64,000 nucleotides of DNA from IMG/VR virus record IMGVR_UViG_3300042691_050360, positions 32,001-96,000 of that record. One strand, written 5' to 3'. The translations under genes were made by a program, and so were the position numbers. The DNA is from a virus. Below, in pieces: positions 8,818-17,557 of the stretch. The notes below the pieces were generated by a model. It searched no databases. It saw only the letters and a program-made list of their open reading frames with translations, and had not been told where the DNA came from. Every line of letters begins with the position of its first letter. The stretch's first letter is position 1.

Positions 8818-10466
8818 TGAAAAATATTGAGTGGCTAAATGAGGATTCGCGTGTATTTTTGTCAAGAGGTTATTTGCGAGAAGGAGTGCAAGCCGAAGAT
8901 CGGATTAAAGTTATAATCGAAACGGCAAGTAAATATCTTTATAAAATTGAAGAGTTTAGAGAAAAATTTGAAGATTATCTAGCAAGAGGCTATTACTCCT
9001 TGGCGTCACCAGTTTGGAGCAACTACGGCGAGGATAGGGGACTCCCCATTAGCTGTAATGGCCAATTCATTGGTGATTCCATGGATGATATTCTTTACAA
9101 CAACAGCGAAACGGGAATGATGACCAAATATGGAGCTGGAACCTCTGCTTATTTTGGTGCATTGAGAGGTAGAGGGTCTAATATCTCCGCTGGTGGCACA
9201 TCTTTTGGCGGAGTTCACTTTATGCAATTGTTTGACACCACCACAAGAATCGTTAGCCAGTCTAATGTCAGAAGGGGTTCATTCGCCGCGTATTATCCTG
9301 TTGAAGGTCCGGACATTTATGAATTCCTGGAAATCAGAGAGAACGGAAACGCGATACAAGATATGAGTATTGGTGTTACTATTACAGATGAATGGATGAA
9401 TTCCATGAAAGATGGGGATAAAGAAAAACGAAAATTGTGGGCAAGAATAATTCAGAAACGATTTGAAACTGGATATCCTTATATTTTCTGGACAGACACT
9501 GTGAACAATAACGCCCCTCTGTGGTATAGAGATCGCGGCATGAAGATACACGGATCAAATTTGTGTTCGGAAATATGCTTGCCAGCTGATGAAAACAATT
9601 CATTTGTTTGTGATTTGTCTTCCATGAATATGCTTTACTACGATGAGTGGAAGGACACAGATGCAGTTGAAATACTCACCTATTTCCTGGACGCAGTAAT
9701 GGAAGAGTATATTCATAAAACAAAAGATCTGCCTTTTATGAACAAAGCTCATAATTTTGCTAAAAATCATAGGGCACTTGGATTAGGTGGGCTAGGGTGG
9801 CATTCTTATTTGCAAAGTAAATCAATTGCGTTTGAGTCCCTTGATGCTAAAATTAGAAATATTCAAATCTGGAAGCTCATTGAAGAAAAATCAATTATCG
9901 CCTCAAAGAGAATGGCGGAATTATATGGTGAACCACCTGTTATGAAGGGCTACGGTAGGCGAAACTCCACTCTGGTGGCGATTGCACCTACTACTTCATC
10001 TTCATTTATTCTCGGACAAGTTTCTCCGAGTATTGAACCGCTGAATTCAAATTACTTTGTTAAAGATCTAGCTAAGGGTAAATTCACCTATAGAAATCCT
10101 CATCTAAAAGAAGTGCTTGCTAACTATGGCAAGGATGATAGCAAAACCTGGAAATCTATTTTGTCTCATGGCGGGAGTGTTCAGCACCTTGAATTCTTAA
10201 CCGATCATGAGAAAATGGTTTTCAAGACCTTTGGAGAGATTTCTCAAAAGGAAATTGTTATTCAGGCTTCTGCAAGACAAAAATATATTGATCAAAGTCA
10301 AAGTCTAAATCTAATGATTCACCCAGACACGCCATTGAGGGATGTTAACGAGCTAATGCTATTTGCTTGGGAGCAAGGCATCAAGACTTTGTACTACCAA
10401 AGAGGGACAAATCCAAGCCAGGAATTAGCAAGAAATATTCTTAATTGCGAAAGCTGCGAGGCTTAA
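8817..10466 (+). CDS. nrdA: Ribonucleotide reductase class I alpha subunit, compact and lacking an ATP cone
   Basis: LASPVWSN, LPISC, VRRGS, GSNLCSEI, CDLSS, AIAPTTSSS, KTLYY, C-terminal CESCEA. Confidence 0.95.
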   Translation: MKNIEWLNEDSRVFLSRGYLREGVQAEDRIKVIIETASKYLYKIEEFREKFEDYLARGYYSLASPVWSNYGEDRGLPISCNGQFIGDSMDDILYNNSETGMMTKYGAGTSAYFGALRGRGSNISAGGTSFGGVHFMQLFDTTTRIVSQSNVRRGSFAAYYPVEGPDIYEFLEIRENGNAIQDMSIGVTITDEWMNSMKDGDKEKRKLWARIIQKRFETGYPYIFWTDTVNNNAPLWYRDRGMKIHGSNLCSEICLPADENNSFVCDLSSMNMLYYDEWKDTDAVEILTYFLDAVMEEYIHKTKDLPFMNKAHNFAKNHRALGLGGLGWHSYLQSKSIAFESLDAKIRNIQIWKLIEEKSIIASKRMAELYGEPPVMKGYGRRNSTLVAIAPTTSSSFILGQVSPSIEPLNSNYFVKDLAKGKFTYRNPHLKEVLANYGKDDSKTWKSILSHGGSVQHLEFLTDHEKMVFKTFGEISQKEIVIQASARQKYIDQSQSLNLMIHPDTPLRDVNELMLFAWEQGIKTLYYQRGTNPSQELARNILNCESCEA

Positions 10467-10483
10467 GGCTGTAAAATATAATT

Positions 10484-10876
10484 ATGACTACAGAATACGA
10501 AGCAAAAGTTGTAAAAATCTTGGACGCTCTTCATGAGCATGAAGAAGAAGATAACTTGCATACCTTGCAGCTTTTGCTTCAAGATGCAGAAGAGGGATAT
10601 GTCTTCAAAGTTGTGCTTGAAGAGAAAAATGTAAGAGAGTTAGTGGGTGCCAGGGACCCTCTAACGAGTAAGCAGATGATTGAGCTCGCAATTATGCTAA
10701 GGAGCAGGGAAGAGCCTGTGAAAATGATGGTTCCTACTGATTCAAAAGAGATATCTTTGGAGGATTTGCAAGAAACTAAAAAACTAGATCCTCCGAAAAG
10801 AAATAGAAATCGAAGACGGAGAAGAAATAACAAAAAACCGAGCAATTTCAATAACGCGAAACGTAAAGATAGTTGA
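10484..10876 (+). CDS. Hypothetical protein with basic C-terminal tail
   Basis: 130 aa, Arg/Lys/Asn-rich tail; leaderless-type promoter upstream. Confidence 0.6.
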   Translation: MTTEYEAKVVKILDALHEHEEEDNLHTLQLLLQDAEEGYVFKVVLEEKNVRELVGARDPLTSKQMIELAIMLRSREEPVKMMVPTDSKEISLEDLQETKKLDPPKRNRNRRRRRNNKKPSNFNNAKRKDS

Positions 10877-11325
10877 TGGATAATTACATTAACCTTGCGT
10901 TACGAACCGACCCCTCACCAGAGCAGTACGAAGTAATCGCCAAGCGAAACGAACAACCAAACATAATGCGTCTTGAGCACGGTATTATGGGAATCGTCAC
11001 AGAAGCTGGCGAGCTCATGGATCAGCTTAAGAAACATATTGTTTATGGAAAGGATCTTGATTTAGTAAATTTAGCCGAAGAAACCGGTGATGTGTTTTGG
11101 TACTTGGCACTTTGCGTGGCAGCTTTGGCGGAACTCATGGGGCGTGAACCCGAAGAATTGGAGCGGTCTATTAAAGAAATTAATATAGCAAAGCTGAAGG
11201 CAAGATATCCTGAAAAATTCTCTGAAGTTGACGCTGTTGTGAGAAATCTTACCGCAGAGAGAGATATCTTGGACAAAGTGGAAGGGACCAATAAAATCGG
11301 TCAAGACGGGGAGGATGTAGAATAA
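10873..11325 (+). CDS. MazG-like nucleotide pyrophosphohydrolase
   Basis: GIVTEAGELMDQLKK, EETGDVFWY, NIAKLKARYP. Confidence 0.85.
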   Translation: MMDNYINLALRTDPSPEQYEVIAKRNEQPNIMRLEHGIMGIVTEAGELMDQLKKHIVYGKDLDLVNLAEETGDVFWYLALCVAALAELMGREPEELERSIKEINIAKLKARYPEKFSEVDAVVRNLTAERDILDKVEGTNKIGQDGEDVE

Positions 11326-11807
11326 TGGGTAAGACAATTCACTATTCAGAATCTAAAGAGCTGTACGAGATTGCCAAAAAACTCAAGGTGAAATATATCA
11401 ACCTTGTTGGATACATCGATCTTGACAAAATCTTCTTTTCATATAAGGGTGGAGATATTCGTGATGATTTTACCTACGAAGTGTTGGGGCTTAAGAATGA
11501 ATGGGTTAAACACACACAAGATCCTGATGAAGATGTCAAGGTTTACTGTATCGCATCTAGCTTTGATTTTTATCAAAAAGCAGATGGGCCTTTGCTTGAA
11601 TGGATCATGCTAGATTGCTTGTACTCAATCCACCCAAAGATGGATGGCAAAATCCGAAGAAAGGATGTCCATGAATTTTCAAGAATTTTGGATACACTTG
11701 ATGAGCTCGGCCATGCGAAAGATTGGCGTAAAAACACCCACCTTCCAGAGCTTCTAGGAGAGGAAACGATCTTGTTCGGCTTAGAGGCAGAAGATGACGC
11801 TCTATAA
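11325..11807 (+). CDS. Phage metallopeptidase-like protein with degenerate active site
   Basis: Layout resembles putative phage metallopeptidases (IRRKDVHEF where xHDVEEF is usual), but the HExxH position reads DCLYS. Confidence 0.4.
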   Translation: MGKTIHYSESKELYEIAKKLKVKYINLVGYIDLDKIFFSYKGGDIRDDFTYEVLGLKNEWVKHTQDPDEDVKVYCIASSFDFYQKADGPLLEWIMLDCLYSIHPKMDGKIRRKDVHEFSRILDTLDELGHAKDWRKNTHLPELLGEETILFGLEAEDDAL

Positions 11808-12783
11808 TAAATACAGGCCCAAATCTTTTTCTGAATTAATTCAGAGCAATTACAATAACGGGCTGTCGAAAGACAGCCTTACTCACCATGCATATCTATT
11901 CTTTGGCCCTCCAGGCACAGGAAAGACATCTGCGGCAAGATTGTGTATGGCTGAGTATCTTGATGAGAAAGATCTTGCTCAGGCAATCTCTGGCAATCAC
12001 CCAGACTATGTAGAAATCAATTGTGCAGTTAATAATGGCGTGGACGATATCAGAGCGATTGTGTCAGATGTAGTGAATACAATTCCGGTACAATCTGATT
12101 ACAAATTTATCATATTCGACGAGAGCCATATGCTTACAAGTCAAGCACAGAACGCCTTACTAAAGACAGTAGAAGAGCCGCCAGAGCATATCAAGTTCTT
12201 CTTCTGCACCACTGAAATTAACAAAGTTTTACCCGCAATTAGGTCAAGATGCCAGATTGTGCCGTTTTTGAAACTCTCAGATGACAATCTCACAAAAATA
12301 ATTAAGAATGTGTGTGCTGGTGAGCAAATTGATTTCAATAAAGATTCCGCACAAATGGTAGCTTCACTGTCTGATGGATCAGCTAGATCCGCCATAAATA
12401 TGCTTGAGCAATGCCAATCTGTATTTAGCTCTCCAGAATCTGTTGGTCAAATTCTTGGAACAACTAGCTTTGATAATTTTAGAAAGCTTACAGAGTTTAT
12501 TTGCGAAAAAAATAGCATTGAGGCAATCAGACTTCTTGATGAGCTATTTAACAATTCTGTTGATCCTGGATCTTTGATGAATAAATACGCGGATTATCTC
12601 GCTGATTTGATTACACGAAGACTAATTGACAAGAATAGCGTTCCCTTTGATGGCAAAAAAATGATGATAATTGCAGATTGTGTCACGGATATTTTGAAAG
12701 ACTTTAAGATATTACAGAATATAAAACTTATTTCAAAAATAAACGTACTAAAAGCTATGTCCAAAATCCACACAATCTTGTAA
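11794..12783 (+). CDS. dnaX: Clamp loader ATPase, DnaX (gamma/tau)-like
   Basis: LYNKYRPKSF, GPPGTGKT, IIFDESHML, NALLKTVEEPP, SRC arginine finger, DGSARSA. Confidence 0.92.
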   Translation: MTLYNKYRPKSFSELIQSNYNNGLSKDSLTHHAYLFFGPPGTGKTSAARLCMAEYLDEKDLAQAISGNHPDYVEINCAVNNGVDDIRAIVSDVVNTIPVQSDYKFIIFDESHMLTSQAQNALLKTVEEPPEHIKFFFCTTEINKVLPAIRSRCQIVPFLKLSDDNLTKIIKNVCAGEQIDFNKDSAQMVASLSDGSARSAINMLEQCQSVFSSPESVGQILGTTSFDNFRKLTEFICEKNSIEAIRLLDELFNNSVDPGSLMNKYADYLADLITRRLIDKNSVPFDGKKMMIIADCVTDILKDFKILQNIKLISKINVLKAMSKIHTIL

Positions 12784-12793
12784 AATTAATTTA

Positions 12794-13522
12794 ATGCAAC
12801 ATTGTGATCAAGATTTATCTATTTTGGCGAAAAAAGCAAAAGACGGTGACCAGAAGTCATTCGAAGAAATACTAAAAATTCTTGATCCTGACATTAAAAA
12901 GTTAGCTCATAAATATTACATCGTCGGCGGAGATAGTCAGGACGTAATACAAGAATGTCGGCTTGGGGTTTGGAAGGCTGTTAAAGATTTTGATGACAAA
13001 GCCGGAATGTCATTTAAAAACTTCAGCCTCAGTCTATGTGTCAAGAGACATCTTATAACCGCAATGTCTCACGCAAATACACAAAAATTCAGATTGCAAA
13101 ATGAAGCTGTGAGTCTTAGTTCGCCAGTTTCACAAAGTGAAGAAGAAGGCATGCAGACATATGCAGATTACATTCAAGATCCCAACAGTGACCTGCTGAG
13201 TAACTATATTATTGAAGAGGAATTTAACACCAATCTTCAAATGATTTCAGAGAAATTAACTAAACTTGAAATGTCTATCTTTGGGCAATATGCATTTTCA
13301 TCTTCTTATAAAGATATAGCAGATGCTTTAAAGGTTAAACCAAAAACAGTAGATAATGCCCTGATGCGGATAAGGAAAAAGAGCTCAGAAACTTACGAGG
13401 CCTATCTATCAACGCATAGCGTGATCATGTACGGGGTGTCAACAATTTACTCAGGAATATCTACACTCAATATATGCGAAAATGCAACAATAGGTATATG
13501 CTCAAATATGTCTATTTTTTGA
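12794..13522 (+). CDS. sigH: RNA polymerase sigma factor, SigH (Spo0H)-like
   Basis: YYIVGGDSQDVIQE, GVWKAVKDFD, SFKNF..LCVKRHLITA, SYKDIA, KTVDNALMRIRKK. Confidence 0.85.
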   Translation: MQHCDQDLSILAKKAKDGDQKSFEEILKILDPDIKKLAHKYYIVGGDSQDVIQECRLGVWKAVKDFDDKAGMSFKNFSLSLCVKRHLITAMSHANTQKFRLQNEAVSLSSPVSQSEEEGMQTYADYIQDPNSDLLSNYIIEEEFNTNLQMISEKLTKLEMSIFGQYAFSSSYKDIADALKVKPKTVDNALMRIRKKSSETYEAYLSTHSVIMYGVSTIYSGISTLNICENATIGICSNMSIF

Positions 13523-13555
13523 ATTTAGCACACACAATCTGAGCGTATATAATGT

Positions 13556-14650
13556 ATGAAGGCGAATTTGTCTACAAACTTACTTGCGTGTGCACTGTCT
13601 AGGTGTTTTGATGCATGTGAAAAAAAAACTTCTGAATCAATAGTCAGCCTGTCTTTCAAGGATTCAAATCTTTATCTTTCCGCCAAGGGTGCCTTTACTC
13701 TCTACGAGGAAACCATCTCGGTAATTTCGGCAGATGATGAGCAGACTTTTTGTATCAAAACGTCAGTTTTGCTTGAATTCGTTAAATACATTTCTGCAGA
13801 CAGTTTGTTATTGGTTTATGACGATGAAAAGAAATCTTGCTTAGTCTCAAGTTCTGATAAAAAATCCAAGATTGCTTTGCAGGTCTTGGATTCCTCTGTG
13901 GACATGGGACAATCTAGCGAATATAATGTTACATTTAATGTTAGTAATGCTCAGGAGCTTGTATCTAAACTTAGCTTTGCTTCTAAATTTTGCTCAAACA
14001 ACTTTCAAGATCACCCTCTCACTGCTATTCACTGCGAAGTGGATGTTGATAAATTCAAGATTAAGAGTACAAACGGCCCGTCTTTTTACTCATCCAGCTT
14101 GACGATCAACACTAACGATAATATTCAAATTTTTCTACCCAAGAAATCACCTTCCATTTTGAAGAATGTGTTTCACGAAGTTGCTTTTGATAAGTGTTCC
14201 ATAAACTCACGCACAATGCTATTTGAGTCGGGCAATTGTAAATTAACTTTCTTCATCGAAAAAAGTGGCAATTCTTTTCCTGATCAAGTTATGGATTGGT
14301 TGGAGAAAAAATCAAGCTCATCTATTAAGGTTTCCGTTTATGAGCTCTCTAAAACGCTTAAGTTCTTCAATGGTGTTTTCTCTGAAGCATCTGTTAATTT
14401 CAACATTAAAGATGGAAAACTCAATCTTGAATCCAAAGAAAATAATATGGCGGCAAAAGAAAGCGTAGTGACTGAAGAATGTACAGGCGAGGCTAATTCT
14501 GCCTACAATTCAAAATACTTCCTTGACTGCTTAGATTCTCTACAGTCTTCATGGGTTAACCTGGATTTCATTGAAATGAAAAGTGATTTCTATCTTTGCA
14601 GACTTACTCAAGCTAACACACTGATTTTACTATGTCCAACTACATTCTAG
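13556..14650 (+). CDS. dnaN: DNA polymerase III sliding clamp (beta)-like
   Basis: 364 aa (clamp-sized), repeated alpha/beta pattern, STNGPS at the ATDGHR position, C-terminal AYNSKYFLDCL..LILLCP; near dnaX. Confidence 0.75.
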   Translation: MKANLSTNLLACALSRCFDACEKKTSESIVSLSFKDSNLYLSAKGAFTLYEETISVISADDEQTFCIKTSVLLEFVKYISADSLLLVYDDEKKSCLVSSSDKKSKIALQVLDSSVDMGQSSEYNVTFNVSNAQELVSKLSFASKFCSNNFQDHPLTAIHCEVDVDKFKIKSTNGPSFYSSSLTINTNDNIQIFLPKKSPSILKNVFHEVAFDKCSINSRTMLFESGNCKLTFFIEKSGNSFPDQVMDWLEKKSSSSIKVSVYELSKTLKFFNGVFSEASVNFNIKDGKLNLESKENNMAAKESVVTEECTGEANSAYNSKYFLDCLDSLQSSWVNLDFIEMKSDFYLCRLTQANTLILLCPTTF

Positions 14651-15483
14651 AAGGGGAGGCTTTTTTCATCCTAGAGAAATTATACGATCTCACGGAAGGA
14701 AAAAAGATTGAAATTAATCCCGAGAAAATCAATTCTTTCTCGTTGCTTGGCAGTCCTGATTACTATGTTTTCTTTGATCCAGATAAGGATACATTAGAAA
14801 AACACAATCTTGATAATTTCATAATATGCTTCATGGATAAGAACGTAGATCAGAGGCTTGATTACATTAAAAAAATCAAAAAAAATGCTACACTGTTAAG
14901 TTTTGATCCAATTCCTACTACAGACCCTGAGTCTTTAAAAAAGGTTTTTCCGAAGTTCAAGGTGGATTTATACTCCTTGCCGTTCAAGAAAACAGGATTG
15001 AAGTACAAGGGTAGTAAGCAAAATTATGAATGGTTCGATTTGTGTTTAATTTCTGATATCTATACCCTAGGAGATGTTAGCATATTCGGGAAGATTTTTG
15101 ATTCTTATTTCGACATTTGGCTTTTCTCCGATTTACTTTGGAGCGGGAATGTCAAGTGCATGGAGCAAATCAAAAACATCAATGATAAAAACTTCGAAGA
15201 TTACTTCAATAGAATCCGCGAAACTTCTAAAGACTATATCGAGGTATATCAAACTGGGGCGAAAAATCTTTACTCTCACAAACAACTATATGCCGAGTCT
15301 TTAATTAATAGCGATTTTCGATTTGCTAAGATCAAAGAGAAACTAAATCTTCTCAAGCCCGAAGGGGTTCTAGATTGTATTGGTTCATTTGATGTATGTT
15401 TAAAAAATGTTAGAGAGGGATCAAACCCGAAAGTAGAATTAATAAAGTTATTTTATAAATTCAAAAACAATGCTGTCAAATGA
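14632..15483 (+). CDS. Probable clamp loader delta (HolA)-like subunit
   Basis: N-terminal YILEGEAFFI, SFSLLG and VDQRL echo HolA Y(L)xGxE, SLF and LDKR; follows dnaN. Confidence 0.45.
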   Translation: MSNYILEGEAFFILEKLYDLTEGKKIEINPEKINSFSLLGSPDYYVFFDPDKDTLEKHNLDNFIICFMDKNVDQRLDYIKKIKKNATLLSFDPIPTTDPESLKKVFPKFKVDLYSLPFKKTGLKYKGSKQNYEWFDLCLISDIYTLGDVSIFGKIFDSYFDIWLFSDLLWSGNVKCMEQIKNINDKNFEDYFNRIRETSKDYIEVYQTGAKNLYSHKQLYAESLINSDFRFAKIKEKLNLLKPEGVLDCIGSFDVCLKNVREGSNPKVELIKLFYKFKNNAVK

Positions 15484-16024
15484 TTATATCCACATAGACC
15501 ATTTAGTTGAAAGAGTCAAACAAGGCGAATATGATGCTTTACATGAACTTTGTGACTTTTATAAGCCATTTATAGCGTCTTCAGCGAGCAGGGTTTGCAA
15601 TAAATACAAGACCGTGGAGAAAGATGATTTAATCTCTGAAAGCGTATTCATATTGAAAGAACTATGTAAAATATACGACAAAGACAAAAGTTTTTTCTCT
15701 TATTTTCTTGAAACAAGAATGCAATCTTACATGATAGCTAAGGTCAAGTCAAAGTATTGTGAAAATGTGACGATTATACCCCTTAGCGAACATGATTCCT
15801 ATGAGCCTTGCGAGAATTGCACCTTCTTTGAAGACCACACCGAGCTAAGAGATGAAATTGATAATTTGCCCGATAAAATGCAACAGATTATAGAAATGGT
15901 GTACTTTAAACAACTCACACAAGATGAATGTGCAGTGATTTTAAATATCTCACAGGCGGCAGTAAGCAAGAGATTAAAGAAGGCTATTGAAAATCTAAGA
16001 GAAAAATTAGAGAATCGGTTATAA
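15470..16024 (+). CDS. Sigma-70 family sigma factor (regions 2 and 4)
   Basis: VKQGEYDALHELCDFYKPFI, EKDDLISE, LPDKMQQIIEMVYFKQLTQDECAVILNISQAAVSKRLKKA. Confidence 0.85.
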   Translation: MLSNDYIHIDHLVERVKQGEYDALHELCDFYKPFIASSASRVCNKYKTVEKDDLISESVFILKELCKIYDKDKSFFSYFLETRMQSYMIAKVKSKYCENVTIIPLSEHDSYEPCENCTFFEDHTELRDEIDNLPDKMQQIIEMVYFKQLTQDECAVILNISQAAVSKRLKKAIENLREKLENRL

Positions 16025-16088
16025 AAAGTCTAATTCGTAATTACTATTATGTAGTGCTTCTAATTTTTAGTGGCTGCAAAGAGGGCTC

Positions 16089-16808
16089 ATGCAAAAAACA
16101 GACAATGAAATTTTTTACAATTGGACAAACTCCAACAACTCAAACGATCAACTCCAATTAAGAACAATTAAATCTCGAATAGCACCGATGCTTGCGAAAC
16201 AGGTTTTTGCTCATTCAGAAATTGAGGAAATTTTAGTAGCCGAGGGATACAAGCAAAACCTAATCAAAGAAGCTCTAAAAATGGCAGATAAAGAAAACGA
16301 GGTGGAAGAGCCTGTTAAAACAGCCGAAGAAGCCATCATCCCGAAGAGATATTCTGATCTTTCTCACAGATTTGAGAAACTTTTGGAAACTAAGGGTCCA
16401 ACTAAATTTGTTAATACTCTAACTAAGGGCGAAAACCCGCTCATGAAGCTATCCAGAAAGGAATTGGAAACTTTCCAAAAAATAGCAGACACGGCTTACA
16501 CCAACACAGTTCATCATGCAACCCTTCACGCATTTATGAAGCCGTCGATTATTTCTGAGCTTGCAGAAAATGTATGTCGAGCCCGAAAAATCAGCAAAAA
16601 TTGCCGAGTTGCAAAGGTTGCCGAAAATGTTTACCAAATTAGCCACAATGATAAGAAAATCGAAGTTTCTCTTGGGCCAGTTAAATCATCTAGCACGAAA
16701 TTTGCAAGCTCAAGCTATGGCGAGCTTGGATTCCCTGACGAATATGTTATCTTGGCGTACGAAGAATCGTCACCATACTCTCAGATCAAAAAAGATCTTG
16801 GCCTTTAA
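16089..16808 (+). CDS. Hypothetical protein
   Basis: 239 aa; several K-x-A motifs (VKTAE, AKVAE, TKFAS). Confidence 0.6.
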   Translation: MQKTDNEIFYNWTNSNNSNDQLQLRTIKSRIAPMLAKQVFAHSEIEEILVAEGYKQNLIKEALKMADKENEVEEPVKTAEEAIIPKRYSDLSHRFEKLLETKGPTKFVNTLTKGENPLMKLSRKELETFQKIADTAYTNTVHHATLHAFMKPSIISELAENVCRARKISKNCRVAKVAENVYQISHNDKKIEVSLGPVKSSSTKFASSSYGELGFPDEYVILAYEESSPYSQIKKDLGL

Positions 16809-16823
16809 GGGCTGATTTAAGGT

Positions 16824-16856
16824 TTATACAGCCCGTTGCTACAACAGGCTGTATAA
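16824..16856. promoter_or_regulatory. Inverted repeat overlapping the -10 box upstream of the putative terS
   Basis: TTATACAGCC-C-GTTG cta CAAC-A-GGCTGTATAA, 14 of 15 pairs; overlaps TATAAT at 16852-16857. Confidence 0.65.
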
Positions 16857-16863
16857 TTCAAAT

Positions 16864-17547
16864 ATGACATCATCAAACGAGCCTGTAATTGACAATATCA
16901 TCTTAGATGATTCAAGTCTATTAAAGATAGAAGATGGCGATGATATTATGCTTTTCAGCAGTCTCAAGGCAGACGCCAGGCCTATTATCCCATATAACCT
17001 AAATGTATCTGGCATAGAATACCCTCAATTGTATTCTGGTAAATGTGCGATTTGTAACTCCCCGCACAGAACATTGCTTGAACATGTCTATATTGATTGT
17101 GGAAAAAAGATCAACACCACAATCAAGTTTTTTGAAAGGCACTTTCGGGCAAAATTGAACTGGACTCAGGTCAACCAGCATATTAAGTTTCACTGCGATT
17201 TAAATAAAATTGAAACTCCTGGATTGCTTCACTATGAAGATAGAGAGCATGAAGTTTCAAGATGGAAATACAGAGAATATGAACTTGCGGAAACAATGAT
17301 TCTTATGGAGATTAATGATGTCAGAGGAATCAATGCAAGATCTCCCGACGACATCCTTAAAAGAGCATCAATGATCGAAAAACTCACTGGCAAACTGCTA
17401 TTGATTAAAGAAAAGAGAGATGATAATTCAATGGGGCTACCTAATGTTTTTGAAGTTCTGCATGACCTTCACAACCAGATGATCAACGAAGAGGATCAAA
17501 GAATTATTCGAGAAAAGGTTAAATTCCTAAAGCAATCTATTAGTTAA
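16864..17547 (+). CDS. Probable terminase small subunit
   Basis: Immediately upstream of TerL; CAIC..H..H module followed by a helical region. Confidence 0.55.
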   Translation: MTSSNEPVIDNIILDDSSLLKIEDGDDIMLFSSLKADARPIIPYNLNVSGIEYPQLYSGKCAICNSPHRTLLEHVYIDCGKKINTTIKFFERHFRAKLNWTQVNQHIKFHCDLNKIETPGLLHYEDREHEVSRWKYREYELAETMILMEINDVRGINARSPDDILKRASMIEKLTGKLLLIKEKRDDNSMGLPNVFEVLHDLHNQMINEEDQRIIREKVKFLKQSIS

Positions 17548-17557
17548 CGGCAGATAA

